This document shows positions 19,526 through 30,512 of a stretch of DNA of 64,000 bases, in pieces. Source of the DNA: a virus (lineage: Duplodnaviria; Caudoviricetes); the IMG/VR virus record IMGVR_UViG_2930556935_000001, positions 7,108 to 71,107 of that record; one strand, given 5' to 3'. A program made the translations under genes and the position numbers. Under the pieces are notes generated by a model. The model had not been told where the DNA came from and searched no databases. It worked only from the letters and a program-made list of their open reading frames with translations. The stretch's first letter is position 1. Each line of letters begins with the position of its first letter.

Positions 19526-20936
19526 TGTTTTCGCCTCCCGGCGCGCCGGTTGCTTCTAGTTGCGGTGGTGCGGGTGGCGCAGCAGTCAAAGCAGGCTGCG
19601 CAGGAAGAGGCGGCTGCATCTGCACGGACACGAGGCCCGTGTGATGACCGACCAGTAGTCCGATGTCCTCGGCCAAGAGCGCCTGTACGGCTGCATCCGG
19701 CTCGAATCCCGCCTTGATCAGGGCGTCAAGGGTGTTCGCCTGAACGCGCAGAATCTCGGCTCGGTCCTTCGAGTCCTCGCGAAGGAATGCAACGTCCCGC
19801 GTGTCGAACCAAAGAGACGCACCAGCAGGGACAGCGACCAGGTTCTGAAGGCTCGCGGCGGCGGTCCTCCACAGGTAGCGGATCGTCCCGTCGGCGAAAC
19901 GGCGGCGCGACGCTGCGAAGTTGTTCGTGTTGAGCGCGGAGCCTTGCAGTCCCTCGGAGAATCCGACCCATGACGGCGGAACTCCGGCCGCTGACGCTAT
20001 GCGCGCCTCGCCCTTGCCGACGGTCGCCGTGAAGTCCATCTGTCGGAAGTCGTGCGTCAGCGGTGTGACGTCGGCGCCGCCCTGAAGGAAGAGCGTCTTG
20101 TAGCTGTTCCACGCGCCTTCATGTCCGGCCTTGAACTGGCGCACGAAGGAGTCGAACTGCTCTTTCTGTACTTCCTTGTCGAAGCGCACCACCATGTTCG
20201 GCACGGCAGCGTGATCGAAGAAGGTTTTCTTGTGAAGGGTCGACGCGGTATCGGCCTCAATCTCCCGCAACACGGGAGTCAGCCACGACATGCCCCGGAA
20301 GCGGGCTGTCGGATCGGGGATCGGTGAATAGTGCGCGACCTCTTCCGGCAGCAACAGAACAGAACCGGCGAGGGGCGTGCCCGTCGCCATGATGCCGAAC
20401 ATCCGCGGCTCGTACAGAAAGCCAATGACCTTCGCATCCGCCGCGTAGTAGTCGCCACTGTGGGAGCCGATAATCATCGATACCCAGTCGGGACGTAGTC
20501 GGGCGAGACGCAGACCCGGACCGCTCGCAGAATTCCCGTAACGGCCCTGGTCGTCTACCTTCGTCCAGAAGCTGTTCCCGGCAAGCGAAGCGTCCTGCTC
20601 CATTCGTGAGAGCAGTTCACCGGTTGTCCCCGAAGGCCACGGGTTTTCCAGCAGCGCGAGTTCTCCCGTGCCGAAGAGATCCCCCGGGCGGCCCTTCGTG
20701 AACTGCCGGAACTGGAAGCGCGCTTCCGAGAAAACCATCTGGCGTGCAACCACGCAGCTGAAGATCGGGCCGTTCCGCTTGAAGGCTCCCTCTACGTAGC
20801 CTTCAAAGTCGGTCTCGATCCGCTCTTTGTCCGCCGTACTGCCCATCGCGAAGGGCGCAGCATCGAGACTCCAAAAGTCCGGCTGCGTAAAACCCTTCTG
20901 CCGCCCCCAGGGGATGAGCTTCTTCCACCACGCCAT
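19515..20936 (-). CDS. portal protein (HK97 family)
   Basis: LAGNSF, LRPDWV, RGMSWL, IASAAGVPPSWVG; between terminase and protease. Confidence 0.95.
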   Translation of the reverse strand: MAWWKKLIPWGRQKGFTQPDFWSLDAAPFAMGSTADKERIETDFEGYVEGAFKRNGPIFSCVVARQMVFSEARFQFRQFTKGRPGDLFGTGELALLENPWPSGTTGELLSRMEQDASLAGNSFWTKVDDQGRYGNSASGPGLRLARLRPDWVSMIIGSHSGDYYAADAKVIGFLYEPRMFGIMATGTPLAGSVLLLPEEVAHYSPIPDPTARFRGMSWLTPVLREIEADTASTLHKKTFFDHAAVPNMVVRFDKEVQKEQFDSFVRQFKAGHEGAWNSYKTLFLQGGADVTPLTHDFRQMDFTATVGKGEARIASAAGVPPSWVGFSEGLQGSALNTNNFAASRRRFADGTIRYLWRTAAASLQNLVAVPAGASLWFDTRDVAFLREDSKDRAEILRVQANTLDALIKAGFEPDAAVQALLAEDIGLLVGHHTGLVSVQMQPPLPAQPALTAAPPAPPQLEATGAPGGENNGA

Positions 20937-20938
20937 CG

Positions 20939-22513
20939 TTACCCCCATGCGCATCCGGCTTCGATGACTGGCTTATTGGCTTTCTGCTGAAGTCCCCACA
21001 TAGCCAACGTGGCAGCCTGAAGCGGTGTGATGTCGACAGCTGCCCCCGGCTGGTCCCACGCCCACAGGCCGGCGGCTACGCGCTTGTCGGCGCCTGCTAC
21101 GGCCGTCGTCAACGGAACCTGATCGAGGTGCACGAGAGTCGGATGGTTGCCCCGGATCGGAACGACCGCGCTCCCAAACGTCCCGCACGCCTGCGCGTAC
21201 TCGCGCACCGTGGGCGAGACGACTTCGAGCCCCTTGTTTTCGAGAGCCGCGATCAGTGCGCCGGCTTGGCTCGCCTTGTTGATGACGATCGCCTTCGGCT
21301 TCCACCGTTCGGCCAGCTCCGCCACGCGAGAGACGATCCATCGGTCACCGGGACGGTGATCGAGGACGTCGGACGACGTGATCTCTACATGCGTCAGACC
21401 GTCCGGGTTCAGCCCGGCGACGACGATGCAACCCATCTTGCGATCCGGCGACAGGTCGATGCCGAACGACAACTCGCCGACAGGTGACGACAGTTCGTCG
21501 ACGCAGGCCTTCCAGTACGACTCACCGATGACGCGCCACGTCTCGCCCTCGACAGGCCAGTCACCGACACCGAGCCGCTCCCGGCTGAACTCTTCCGCCG
21601 ACATCGAGCGGCGCTCCGCCTCGATGTGCTCGACAGAGCGTTCTGGGGACCTGGTCCCACCGATGCGGATCCCAAAGCCGGGGTTCGCCTTCGGGTAGCT
21701 CGCGTACAGGCGCGACAGTTGGCGGTCGTGCTCTGCCTGGTCCCACCGAGGATCGGCCTTGAAGTCCTGCGCGCCGTGGTCCTCGCAGTCCGGCGGGCAG
21801 AACTGGCCGCACGGATCTATGGACCATTCCAGGTAGCACAAGCGAGGGTCGTTGCCTTTGAGCCCGCGGGCCCGCACTCGTCCGAGCGCCGTTGACTCCT
21901 TGTTGCCGGACGATCCCGTGTACCAGACCTGCGGGTCTGGAACAGCGGAAAGGGTCGGCAGGATCGAGCCGACCGCCCGATCGGTGAGGATCATCGCTTC
22001 GTCCAAGACAAGGCGGTCACAGGTGAAGCCACGACCGCCGCCCGCCGTACGCGAGCGGAACCGCAGCCGGCGCAGCGCCCCGTCCCGGAACACCTCGATG
22101 CCCTCTTCGCCATGCGAGCGGGACACCCGCTTCACCATGCGATCCAGGTCCGGGGTGTTCTCGATCAGGCCCAAGATTCGTTTGAACGCTTCGAGGGACG
22201 TGTCGAAGAGGTGCGCGCTGTGAATGCACAGCTCTTCGTCGAAGAGGAACAGGGAGCCCAGCTCGACAGCTTCGAGGACGGCGCCCTTGCCGTTCTGACG
22301 CCCGACGATCAGGCCCACCTCGAAGGCGGACCATGTCCCGTCAGCGCGCTGCCCGAGCGCGTTCTCAAGCACCAGCCGCTGCCAGGGATCGAGAGGAAGC
22401 CCCGCTATCTCCGACAGTTCGGCAACATCTGCCCCCGCGCTCGACACGCGCGGAGGCGCACTGAGTATCCGGGGGGCCTGGTCGCCGCGCCCCGGTACGA
22501 CAACACCGCTCAT
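20939..22513 (-). CDS. terL: terminase large subunit
   Basis: LDPWQ, Walker A VGRQNGKG, Walker B LVLDEA, nuclease GIDLSPDR. Confidence 0.95.
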   Translation of the reverse strand: MSGVVVPGRGDQAPRILSAPPRVSSAGADVAELSEIAGLPLDPWQRLVLENALGQRADGTWSAFEVGLIVGRQNGKGAVLEAVELGSLFLFDEELCIHSAHLFDTSLEAFKRILGLIENTPDLDRMVKRVSRSHGEEGIEVFRDGALRRLRFRSRTAGGGRGFTCDRLVLDEAMILTDRAVGSILPTLSAVPDPQVWYTGSSGNKESTALGRVRARGLKGNDPRLCYLEWSIDPCGQFCPPDCEDHGAQDFKADPRWDQAEHDRQLSRLYASYPKANPGFGIRIGGTRSPERSVEHIEAERRSMSAEEFSRERLGVGDWPVEGETWRVIGESYWKACVDELSSPVGELSFGIDLSPDRKMGCIVVAGLNPDGLTHVEITSSDVLDHRPGDRWIVSRVAELAERWKPKAIVINKASQAGALIAALENKGLEVVSPTVREYAQACGTFGSAVVPIRGNHPTLVHLDQVPLTTAVAGADKRVAAGLWAWDQPGAAVDITPLQAATLAMWGLQQKANKPVIEAGCAWG

Positions 22514-22821
22514 GCCCCGGTGCCCCTACGCCTGCCGCCCTGACGGCGGGCAGCGCTCGGAGCCCCGCCGGTGCGGCGCGCCATCAGTTCGTCGACCCGT
22601 GACACAGCCGTCGTCTCGGGGATCGACTCCAGCAATTCGAGAACCTTGACCAGGCGCAGCGTCAGCGCTGCCGTCTCGGAGCCGGAAGAGCGGCGCGGCT
22701 TGCCGCACTCGCAGCACTCGTCATCGCCGGCCATCTCCGTTGCGAGCCGGTCCCGGATCGCTTCCAGCTGCGTGCGCTTGTCGCCGTCGGAGATGGCTTC
22801 GGTGAACGGGGTTTCGCTCAT
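22510..22821 (-). CDS. terS: terminase small subunit
   Basis: Helical 103 aa coupled to terL; LEAIRDRLA...VDELMARR, with CxC/CxxC insert. Confidence 0.75.
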   Translation of the reverse strand: MSETPFTEAISDGDKRTQLEAIRDRLATEMAGDDECCECGKPRRSSGSETAALTLRLVKVLELLESIPETTAVSRVDELMARRTGGAPSAARRQGGRRRGTGA

Positions 22822-24068
22822 CCGGAGTCACCTGCCAATACGAGAGCGCGAGGGTCCGCGGGAATCGGGAAGGCGCGGTCTTCGGATGGGACCCGCAACG
22901 TGCGCGGATCCGCCGCTACGTGAACCGTGCGGTCCTCGGCGGCGACGCGGAGCGTGCGCGTCTCTCTGTCGACGACGGTGACGCGAGGGCCGACAGGGCG
23001 GCCCTGACCGAACGCGGTGACGGTCACGGACGGCGCGGTGACGAGCAGCTGCCCGGAGAACGAAACGGCGCCCGTCGCAGCCACACGGGCGCTGGGGGCG
23101 ACGGTGTTCATCACGCCGGGCGCGCCGACGTTGCCGACGCCGGTGAAGTCGACGGAAGGGGCCTGCGCAGCGAGTGGGCCCTGAGCCACCGCCTGAGAGG
23201 CGACGGCAACCACGGGCACCGGGGCGAGAGCCGCAAGCGCGCCGGTGAACGACACGGCGCCCGTCGACGCGACCACCGGAACGGGGGCAGTCGTCGACAG
23301 GGTGCCGGGCGCAGCCAAGGCGCCGGCCAGTGAAGCGAGCGGCGCCGGAGCCACCGCGGCAGCCGCTCCGGCCACCACGACCGCGCCGGTCGCGGCGACC
23401 GTCACCGACGGAGCGGAAGTAGCCGCGGTACCTGAGGCTTTGGCGGAAGCCGTCAGAGAGGCCGTGGGAGCCGGGGCGGAGGCGTCCAGCGATGCATCCA
23501 CGGACACGTCACCCGACATGGTGACGACGGGCGACGGGGCGTCGATGCTGAGTTGATCGGTGAGTGCGCCGACCAGGAACAGCACGGGCGACGGTGCGAT
23601 GGCGTCCAGCCCGTACGGCAGCCGGCCGACCACAGCGACCACCGGCACGGGCGCCGCGGTGGACAGCGAGCCCGTCACACCCAACGTGCCGTCAGTGGCC
23701 ACCAGGACGGAAGGCGCCGTGACGGCGAGAGCTGCGAGCGCGGCCACCGTGCCGGAGGCGCTGAAGGTGACGGAGGGTGCCGAAGCCGCGAGACTGCCCG
23801 CCGCGACCGCCTCGGCACTGAGAGCCACTGTCGGCACCGGAGCGGTAGCCGCAAGCCCTCCGGTAGCCGACGCTGAGCCGGAGGCGCTGAACGTGACCGA
23901 GGGCGCCGTGACAGCCAACGCAGCGTCGACGCTGACCGAGCCCGCCGCGTTGAACGTCACCGACGGGGCGGTAGCCGACAGATCGCCGACGGCGGGAGTC
24001 GCCGTGACCGGCTGAGCGTTGACCGTTACGTACGCGCCTGCCGGGAAGCCGCGACCGAGACGGGCCAT
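22818..24068 (-). CDS. repeat-rich fibre-like virion protein
   Basis: Many tandem units of about 26 aa (G.LA.TAPSVT...G.V); C-terminal RTLRV..E.R repeats. Confidence 0.7.
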   Translation of the reverse strand: MARLGRGFPAGAYVTVNAQPVTATPAVGDLSATAPSVTFNAAGSVSVDAALAVTAPSVTFSASGSASATGGLAATAPVPTVALSAEAVAAGSLAASAPSVTFSASGTVAALAALAVTAPSVLVATDGTLGVTGSLSTAAPVPVVAVVGRLPYGLDAIAPSPVLFLVGALTDQLSIDAPSPVVTMSGDVSVDASLDASAPAPTASLTASAKASGTAATSAPSVTVAATGAVVVAGAAAAVAPAPLASLAGALAAPGTLSTTAPVPVVASTGAVSFTGALAALAPVPVVAVASQAVAQGPLAAQAPSVDFTGVGNVGAPGVMNTVAPSARVAATGAVSFSGQLLVTAPSVTVTAFGQGRPVGPRVTVVDRETRTLRVAAEDRTVHVAADPRTLRVPSEDRAFPIPADPRALVLAGDSG

Positions 24069-24085
24069 GGGTCACCGCCTCCGGG

Positions 24086-24586
24086 TCAGCACTCCTCGAA
24101 GACGATGTATGCGATAGCCGTGAGCGCCGCCGCGGTGTTGATGCGCAGCTGAAGGAACTTCGACGGCAACACCACGTAGTCGCGACCGAGCGGGAATTGC
24201 TTCTCGTACTGCGACGTCGGGCCCACCAGGGCCGCCGCAAACTGACGCTCGGTCGTGTTCGTCGTGATCGCTCCGGAACCGAAGCCCGACCCGGTGGTAC
24301 TCATCGTCAGGCTGGACGCCTTCGCGTTGTCGCCGACCGGCATGATCGTGCTCGTGCTGTGCGCGGTCGTCGTCGTTGACGCTGCGCTCGCCTGCGCGAG
24401 CGTGCACACGGCCGGCGTTCCGGCCGCGCTGCCGTTGAAGGACACGCCCCACTCGATGATGCGGATGCTCGTACCCGAGGGCGGCGCGAGCTGAATAGCC
24501 ACCTTGGCGCCTGCGGAATAGCTGGTGCCTGCCATGACGCCTGTCGTCGCGTCTATCGCACAGTTATACGCAATGTACTGAGCCAT
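24086..24586 (-). CDS. hypothetical virion protein
   Basis: Operonic, beta-rich, RBS AGGGG. Confidence 0.65.
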   Translation of the reverse strand: MAQYIAYNCAIDATTGVMAGTSYSAGAKVAIQLAPPSGTSIRIIEWGVSFNGSAAGTPAVCTLAQASAASTTTTAHSTSTIMPVGDNAKASSLTMSTTGSGFGSGAITTNTTERQFAAALVGPTSQYEKQFPLGRDYVVLPSKFLQLRINTAAALTAIAYIVFEEC

Positions 24587-24594
24587 GCGACCCC

Positions 24595-25191
24595 CTATCG
24601 GGTTGACGCACGATTGACTGACTGCGGCATGACGAGACGCCCCGCAGGAACCAGCAATCGCCCGACGAATACGTTGTCAATAAAGACGACGTCCCCGGTC
24701 GTGAGACCGGAGACCATCTGGACATTGAGACGTGCAAACGTGGTCGTTGCGGGCGGCGTCACCGTTTGCGCCGGATAGGTCGACCAGAACTGATTGTCGT
24801 ACGGAGGGGTGTTCACGCCCTGAACAGCCGCCGCAGTGCCCGTGACCGTGCTGCTTACGTACGTTGTTCCCGTGCCCCCAGCGTACCAGTCGATGTTGAT
24901 GTTGTACGTGACTGACGCTTTGAGCGTATAGAGCTGGAAGGTGACGACGTACGGAATCGAAGCCGTAACCGGGATATCCGTATTCCCGTTCACGGCCAGA
25001 GCGCCGGGCGTATTCGCGTTCTTCGTCACCTTCAGCGAGAACGCGCCGCTGCTCGCCGGGTCCGTTGTCCCGTTGCTCTGCACCGCGGCGGACGCCTGGT
25101 TGCCGACCGACCACGACGACCCGGCCTCGAAGTCGGAAGCGTTGGCCACAACGACGTTCGGCCCCCACAGGGACCGGTCACTCTGCGGCAT
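24595..25191 (-). CDS. carbohydrate-binding-module-like virion protein
   Basis: NASDFEAGSSW...FSLKV...VFIDNVFV resembles a CBM4/9 jelly roll. Confidence 0.6.
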   Translation of the reverse strand: MPQSDRSLWGPNVVVANASDFEAGSSWSVGNQASAAVQSNGTTDPASSGAFSLKVTKNANTPGALAVNGNTDIPVTASIPYVVTFQLYTLKASVTYNINIDWYAGGTGTTYVSSTVTGTAAAVQGVNTPPYDNQFWSTYPAQTVTPPATTTFARLNVQMVSGLTTGDVVFIDNVFVGRLLVPAGRLVMPQSVNRASTR

Positions 25192-25463
25192 CAGGCCGGA
25201 CCGGCGGCGCCGTACACCAGCAGGTATGCGGCATCACGGTTCGCGCCTGCCGGGATGGTGACCGTCGTCGGCACGGTGACCGACGCAGACACCGCGGCGG
25301 CGACCGTCGTCCCCATGATGACCGCCCGCTTTACCACGGTGAATTCCTGCGCCACGTCGATCGTGTCACTGGCGGTGACATCGCGCAGCGCATAAAGCGC
25401 CACGCGGTCAGACTCGCCGTTCGACCACATCAGAGGGAACCTCGTAGAGGCAAGTACAGCCAT
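25191..25463 (-). CDS. hypothetical protein
   Basis: Operonic, RBS GGAGG. Confidence 0.6.
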   Translation of the reverse strand: MAVLASTRFPLMWSNGESDRVALYALRDVTASDTIDVAQEFTVVKRAVIMGTTVAAAVSASVTVPTTVTIPAGANRDAAYLLVYGAAGPA

Positions 25464-25478
25464 CGCGCAACCTCCGAA

Positions 25479-25895
25479 TTACGAAGCGGGCATGGTGAAG
25501 AAACCGGAGGTGATCTGAACTGTCACGCCGACGGAAATCGTGGTCGTGTTCAGGTTCAGTTGCGCACCCGACGTCGACACCGAGCCGTCGAAGACCGTGC
25601 CTGCGCCGCCTGTGCCACCCGAGGCGCACCGGAAGTGCGTGGCCGTACCGGCTGCCACTCCAGTCGTTGAAATCGGCGTAGCGGCCAGCGTGAGGACGCC
25701 GGCCGATGCGGCGCCGAAGGCGGGATTGTCGAGAGTGAAAGTCGCGAGCAGCGTCCCAGTGATCGCGGTGTTCGCGTTCACAGGCTGCGTACCCGAGTAG
25801 ACCTTGACCGTCCCGGCAGCGCTGCCACCGTTGATCAGGTCGTCGACCTTGTCCGCCATTGCGTTGACTGTCGCCGTAGCAAGCTGAACGGCCAT
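25479..25895 (-). CDS. fibre-associated structural protein
   Basis: KVYSGTQP...LLATFTL...GTATHFR...DGSV...LNLNTTTI motif seen in phage fibre clusters. Confidence 0.65.
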   Translation of the reverse strand: MAVQLATATVNAMADKVDDLINGGSAAGTVKVYSGTQPVNANTAITGTLLATFTLDNPAFGAASAGVLTLAATPISTTGVAAGTATHFRCASGGTGGAGTVFDGSVSTSGAQLNLNTTTISVGVTVQITSGFFTMPAS

Positions 25896-25917
25896 ATGCA
25901 TTCCCTCCGAAGCGCCG

Positions 25918-26397
25918 TCACCACTGACGGGAACTTGGCCGGCCAGTCGCGGCCGTAGATGTCGGTTGCTCAGTGCTCTGTATCCGCGCCGGGCGAGGCT
26001 TCAGCCCGGACGCGTACCAACGCTTCACGCCGTCCATGTAGTTCGCCGGGCGCTCCGCGCGGCAGCGTTCCTCCGCGACCTCGCGCCCCGGGTCGACCAC
26101 TACGACTTCGGCGCCCGCCTTGCGGTACTTCTCCATCTGCGCAGGCTTCGGCACCGAATGAATGATGTAGACGTCGTGCGTCGCGACATGGCGCAGCGCC
26201 TCGCCTATCGCCGCCTCGCGGGCACGGAAAGCGACCGACGCGAGGGGCCGTTTGTGGCCGTGCGCGTCGGCGCTCAGTGCGGTGAGTGCACGCGCTATGC
26301 GGTCGTAGTCAATGACGATGTCCCCGGGCGCCGCCCGGTCGTTGACCCACGTGCTCTTGCCGCCCGCAGGCGGTCCGATGACGACGAAGAGCGTCAA
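25918..26397 (-). CDS. P-loop AAA/kinase-like protein
   Basis: Walker A GPPAGGKST, IVIDYDRIA; family often found next to phage HNH genes. Confidence 0.8.
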   Translation of the reverse strand: MTLFVVIGPPAGGKSTWVNDRAAPGDIVIDYDRIARALTALSADAHGHKRPLASVAFRAREAAIGEALRHVATHDVYIIHSVPKPAQMEKYRKAGAEVVVVDPGREVAEERCRAERPANYMDGVKRWYASGLKPRPARIQSTEQPTSTAATGRPSSRQW

Positions 26398-26678
26398 CGG
26401 TTCTGCACGCGGATCGTGATGGACCGGTCATCGGCACGGCCCGCCGAAGTCACGATGTGGTTCGTCACCTGATACGGCGTGCCCGCGGTGCCGCCCGAAA
26501 GCCAAGCCGTCGCAGACGACAGGGTGTTACTGCTGCTGTCCAGGGCGAGACCCGCGGAGACGGTGAAGGTGGACGTCGTGATGGTCTCGCCGGGCTTGAG
26601 CCAGTCCGACCAGTCGAAGGGGTAATCGAGGACCGCTTCAGGATCTTTGACATAGGTCGGAAATGATGTTCCGGCCAT
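26394..26678 (-). CDS. phage fibre-tail adaptor-like protein
   Basis: KDPEAVLDYPFDWSDWL...WLSGGTAG..Y.VTN...TSAGR.DDRSI. Confidence 0.75.
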   Translation of the reverse strand: MAGTSFPTYVKDPEAVLDYPFDWSDWLKPGETITTSTFTVSAGLALDSSSNTLSSATAWLSGGTAGTPYQVTNHIVTSAGRADDRSITIRVQNR

Positions 26679-26679
26679 G

Positions 26680-27051
26680 AATACCCCCTAGTGATCTACG
26701 GCGTGGATATTCATGCGGGCCGCATAAACGATCACATTTCTATGCGCCACTAAATCTCTGAAGTTCGTTCGGCCGAATTAATGCAGCCACTGCATAAAGG
26801 ATCAAGGCCCTGACCTGGGACTATGCAGAGATTTCCGGTAGAGGGTTAATCGGGACATAAGGGCGTTTGGGTCACCGGGGGAAGGTCATCGGGATCTACC
26901 CCCACCCCCTACCCTTGATCACTGATCAGCCCTCTGACCTGCGGTGATCCGATCCCCCTGCTGGTGATCACGTCGCCCCCTAGATCCACTATTCTGCATA
27001 GTTGATGTATGGGTATGCATGAATAACGATCTTGCATGAGTATGCATTCGA
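26680..27051. other. probable cos / packaging-initiation region
   Basis: Non-coding, lower GC, immediately downstream of HNH; purine-skewed core CCCCCACCCCCTACCC near 26899-26914; iterated GCAT/ATGC and GATC sites. Confidence 0.6.
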
Positions 27052-27348
27052 TCACCACCGCTTCGACGCAACCACAGGCGTCGGTGACTTCTTGTTGCCC
27101 GCGACGATGTTGCACCGACGGTGAGCCGGCCGCAGCCACTGCACGTCATCGGGATCATCGCCGCGTGCGACCAGCACCGGCAACGGCGGGACGTGGTCGG
27201 CCTGCCATGCCTGCGGGTGCAGGTAGTGCAGCGACTGGTCGATGGCCTCGCCGCAGTAGTGGCAGATCAGCGGTGCCTCGCGCTTGAGCTGCGCAACCGC
27301 AGCACGCCAACGCGCACCACTGCGACCGGCTGACTTGGCTGTCGGCAC
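27052..27348 (-). CDS. HNH endonuclease (terminase-associated)
   Basis: CHYCG...ADHVPP...LRPAHRRCN. Confidence 0.9.
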   Translation of the reverse strand: MPTAKSAGRSGARWRAAVAQLKREAPLICHYCGEAIDQSLHYLHPQAWQADHVPPLPVLVARGDDPDDVQWLRPAHRRCNIVAGNKKSPTPVVASKRW

Positions 27349-27426
27349 GCTGCACCTCCGGGCATGGGGGCACAGCGTGCCGACTCAGGTAGCACAAGCG
27401 AGAGATGAGCGGCGGATCCGGCTGGA

Positions 27427-28712
<1,286 letters not shown>

Positions 28713-28781
28713 AGAGTCCGTCAGGCTGCCTGATGGGCACGCCTGGTACGCCTCGATAGTGCACTACGTCCCGCTACATCG

Positions 28782-28982
28782 TCAATCACCCCCTTTCTGG
28801 CGTATCGGTGGCGGCGCCGGAAGCGGCTTCCCGGGGACGCACGGCTGCATGGCGTCCAGGTCCCAGAGGCGGGCCGTGCGAGTCCCGTAGCGGTGTACGC
28901 GGCCTTCGCGGGCCCACCGGTAGAGGACTTCACGCGGCCGGCCCGTGTACAGACAGGTGGCTTCGGTGTCGGCGAGCCTCAT
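28782..28982 (-). CDS. small HTH DNA-binding protein, possible late regulator
   Basis: LADTEATCLYTGRPREVLYRWAREGRV, MerR/Xis-like HTH. Confidence 0.65.
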   Translation of the reverse strand: MRLADTEATCLYTGRPREVLYRWAREGRVHRYGTRTARLWDLDAMQPCVPGKPLPAPPPIRQKGGD

Positions 28983-29359
28983 GGGCGCCACACCGCGCGG
29001 TAGTCGGGGTGACCGTCGTAGGCCACCACGAACAACCGCAGCGCCTGCTCCATGGCAGCACCGAAGCCGCTCGTGAAAGTCGGCGCGAAGTCGTGAGCAC
29101 GCTCGGCGAGGCGAATCACCTCCCGCTGCGCCTCGATGCGCTTCAGCGTGCGAGCCGGGTCCTGGCGGGCGATGTGCTCTCCGCGCCATGAGAGCGTGCA
29201 CGCGGTGACACGCTCGATCGAGTAATCCACGTCCACCCGACGTGTGCCGGTCTGCTCGTTCTCCTCGAAGGCGGTCCACGTCTCTGGCGCTTCGATCGCT
29301 GCCGCCTCTTCATCGAGCCGCTCCCGGTAGAACGCGATCATGTCGCCGGTGTCGCTCAC
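28979..29359 (-). CDS. DUF6221-like protein
   Basis: MIAFYRERLDEE...HIARQDPARTL...YDGHPDYRAVWRP. Confidence 0.75.
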   Translation of the reverse strand: MSDTGDMIAFYRERLDEEAAAIEAPETWTAFEENEQTGTRRVDVDYSIERVTACTLSWRGEHIARQDPARTLKRIEAQREVIRLAERAHDFAPTFTSGFGAAMEQALRLFVVAYDGHPDYRAVWRP

Positions 29360-29520
29360 AGCCATGGCTCCCAGGTCATCCACGCGAGTCCGGCCAGCAT
29401 CCCGATGCCGCTCACGATCCACACCGTGATCATGAACGCCTGGAAGAGTCCGTAGCCGATGCCGTACCAGCGCCAGTAGTTGATCCATCCGTCCCAGAGA
29501 TCACGCATGATCACCTTCAC
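29356..29520 (-). CDS. small membrane protein
   Basis: Hydrophobic Trp-rich 54 aa, coupled overlaps on both sides. Confidence 0.5.
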   Translation of the reverse strand: MKVIMRDLWDGWINYWRWYGIGYGLFQAFMITVWIVSGIGMLAGLAWMTWEPWL

Positions 29521-30221
29521 GCGCCCTCGCCTTCGAGTAGGTCGATCCACTGCCACCGGTAGTACCTGGTACCGCAGGGCGCCGTGTCGGGGCTGCCGAT
29601 GCAGCGGACGTCTGTCGACGCGTCGTCCGCGACGATCAGGGCGCCGCCGCAGACTCCGCACACGGTGTCGGCCAGCATGTGTTGGCGGGTGTCGTAGCCG
29701 AGGACGATGCGCGCCGTGCGGACGTGCTTGCGCAGCGCCTCTTTGACGTTGCCGGCCACCTCGCTGCCGCCGGCCATGGCGCACCAGTCGGGCAGTGTCC
29801 GCAGCGCGGTGACGGTGTTCACGCCGCGTCGCGGATATTCGGGAAAGAGCAGCTGGTGCAATTCGCTGTAGCAGCGCGCCGCGTCCGCCTTTATCGCCAT
29901 GAGCAGATCGAGGGCTTCCTGATTGCCGGGCGGATTCGAATGCGGCTTGTCGCCTGACGCTCCGTCACCTCCGGTCATGGATACGGGCTCTGCAATGGCT
30001 TCCTGCAACTGATCGATAAGGGATGTGAGTTGTACGGTCCGTGCACGCGCCTCAACACCTTCGGGGCACGTGCATTCGTAGTGCTTTCGCCGCGCCGGAG
30101 ACATTGCCGACCGCCACATCTGACAGAGCGTCACGTGTCTGCGGATGGTCACCTGATATTCGATGCGCTCCTCCCATCCGTCGGCGAGCTGCGCCGCCAG
30201 GGAAGCGATGTCATTTTGCAT
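29517..30221 (-). CDS. Zn-ribbon protein, putative late transcription regulator
   Basis: SLIDQLQEAI...KPHSNPP...ARIVLGYD...CGVCGG...C...CG..Y; position just before the late leader. Confidence 0.6.
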   Translation of the reverse strand: MQNDIASLAAQLADGWEERIEYQVTIRRHVTLCQMWRSAMSPARRKHYECTCPEGVEARARTVQLTSLIDQLQEAIAEPVSMTGGDGASGDKPHSNPPGNQEALDLLMAIKADAARCYSELHQLLFPEYPRRGVNTVTALRTLPDWCAMAGGSEVAGNVKEALRKHVRTARIVLGYDTRQHMLADTVCGVCGGALIVADDASTDVRCIGSPDTAPCGTRYYRWQWIDLLEGEGA

Positions 30222-30405
30222 TGGCGCTTGCGCCCGCATTGACCGCATAAGGCGTCCCGCGGTGCTGGCAGAAGCACTGAGAACCACCGGGACAGGTCGC
30301 ATGGCCTTTGCGGGCGAGGACGCGGGGACGCGGCAGGCTCTTGCGCCGTCCCTCCCGCACCCGTTTGCGTAGTGCGGCTTCCCAGAGGCAGTCGGCGCAG
30401 ATCAT
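30211..30405 (-). CDS. small Cys-rich protein
   Basis: MICADC...HATCPGGSQCFCQHR; RBS GGAG. Confidence 0.55.
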   Translation of the reverse strand: MICADCLWEAALRKRVREGRRKSLPRPRVLARKGHATCPGGSQCFCQHRGTPYAVNAGASANAK

Positions 30406-30512
30406 GGTTGCTCCAAGGGGCTGAGCGCGGCTGTGAGCGCCGCGCAGGGGTTCCGACGTCCCCGGAGTCCGGGGAGGGGCCGTGAGGGCCGGAGAAGCGC
30501 ACGGAGCCGCGC

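Noticed and set aside
16517-19717. 1066-aa plus-strand ORF and many other long Arg/Ala-rich ORFs in the track
   Set aside because: Antisense or off-frame shadows of clear minus-strand genes, expected in high-GC DNA; no motifs or RBS.
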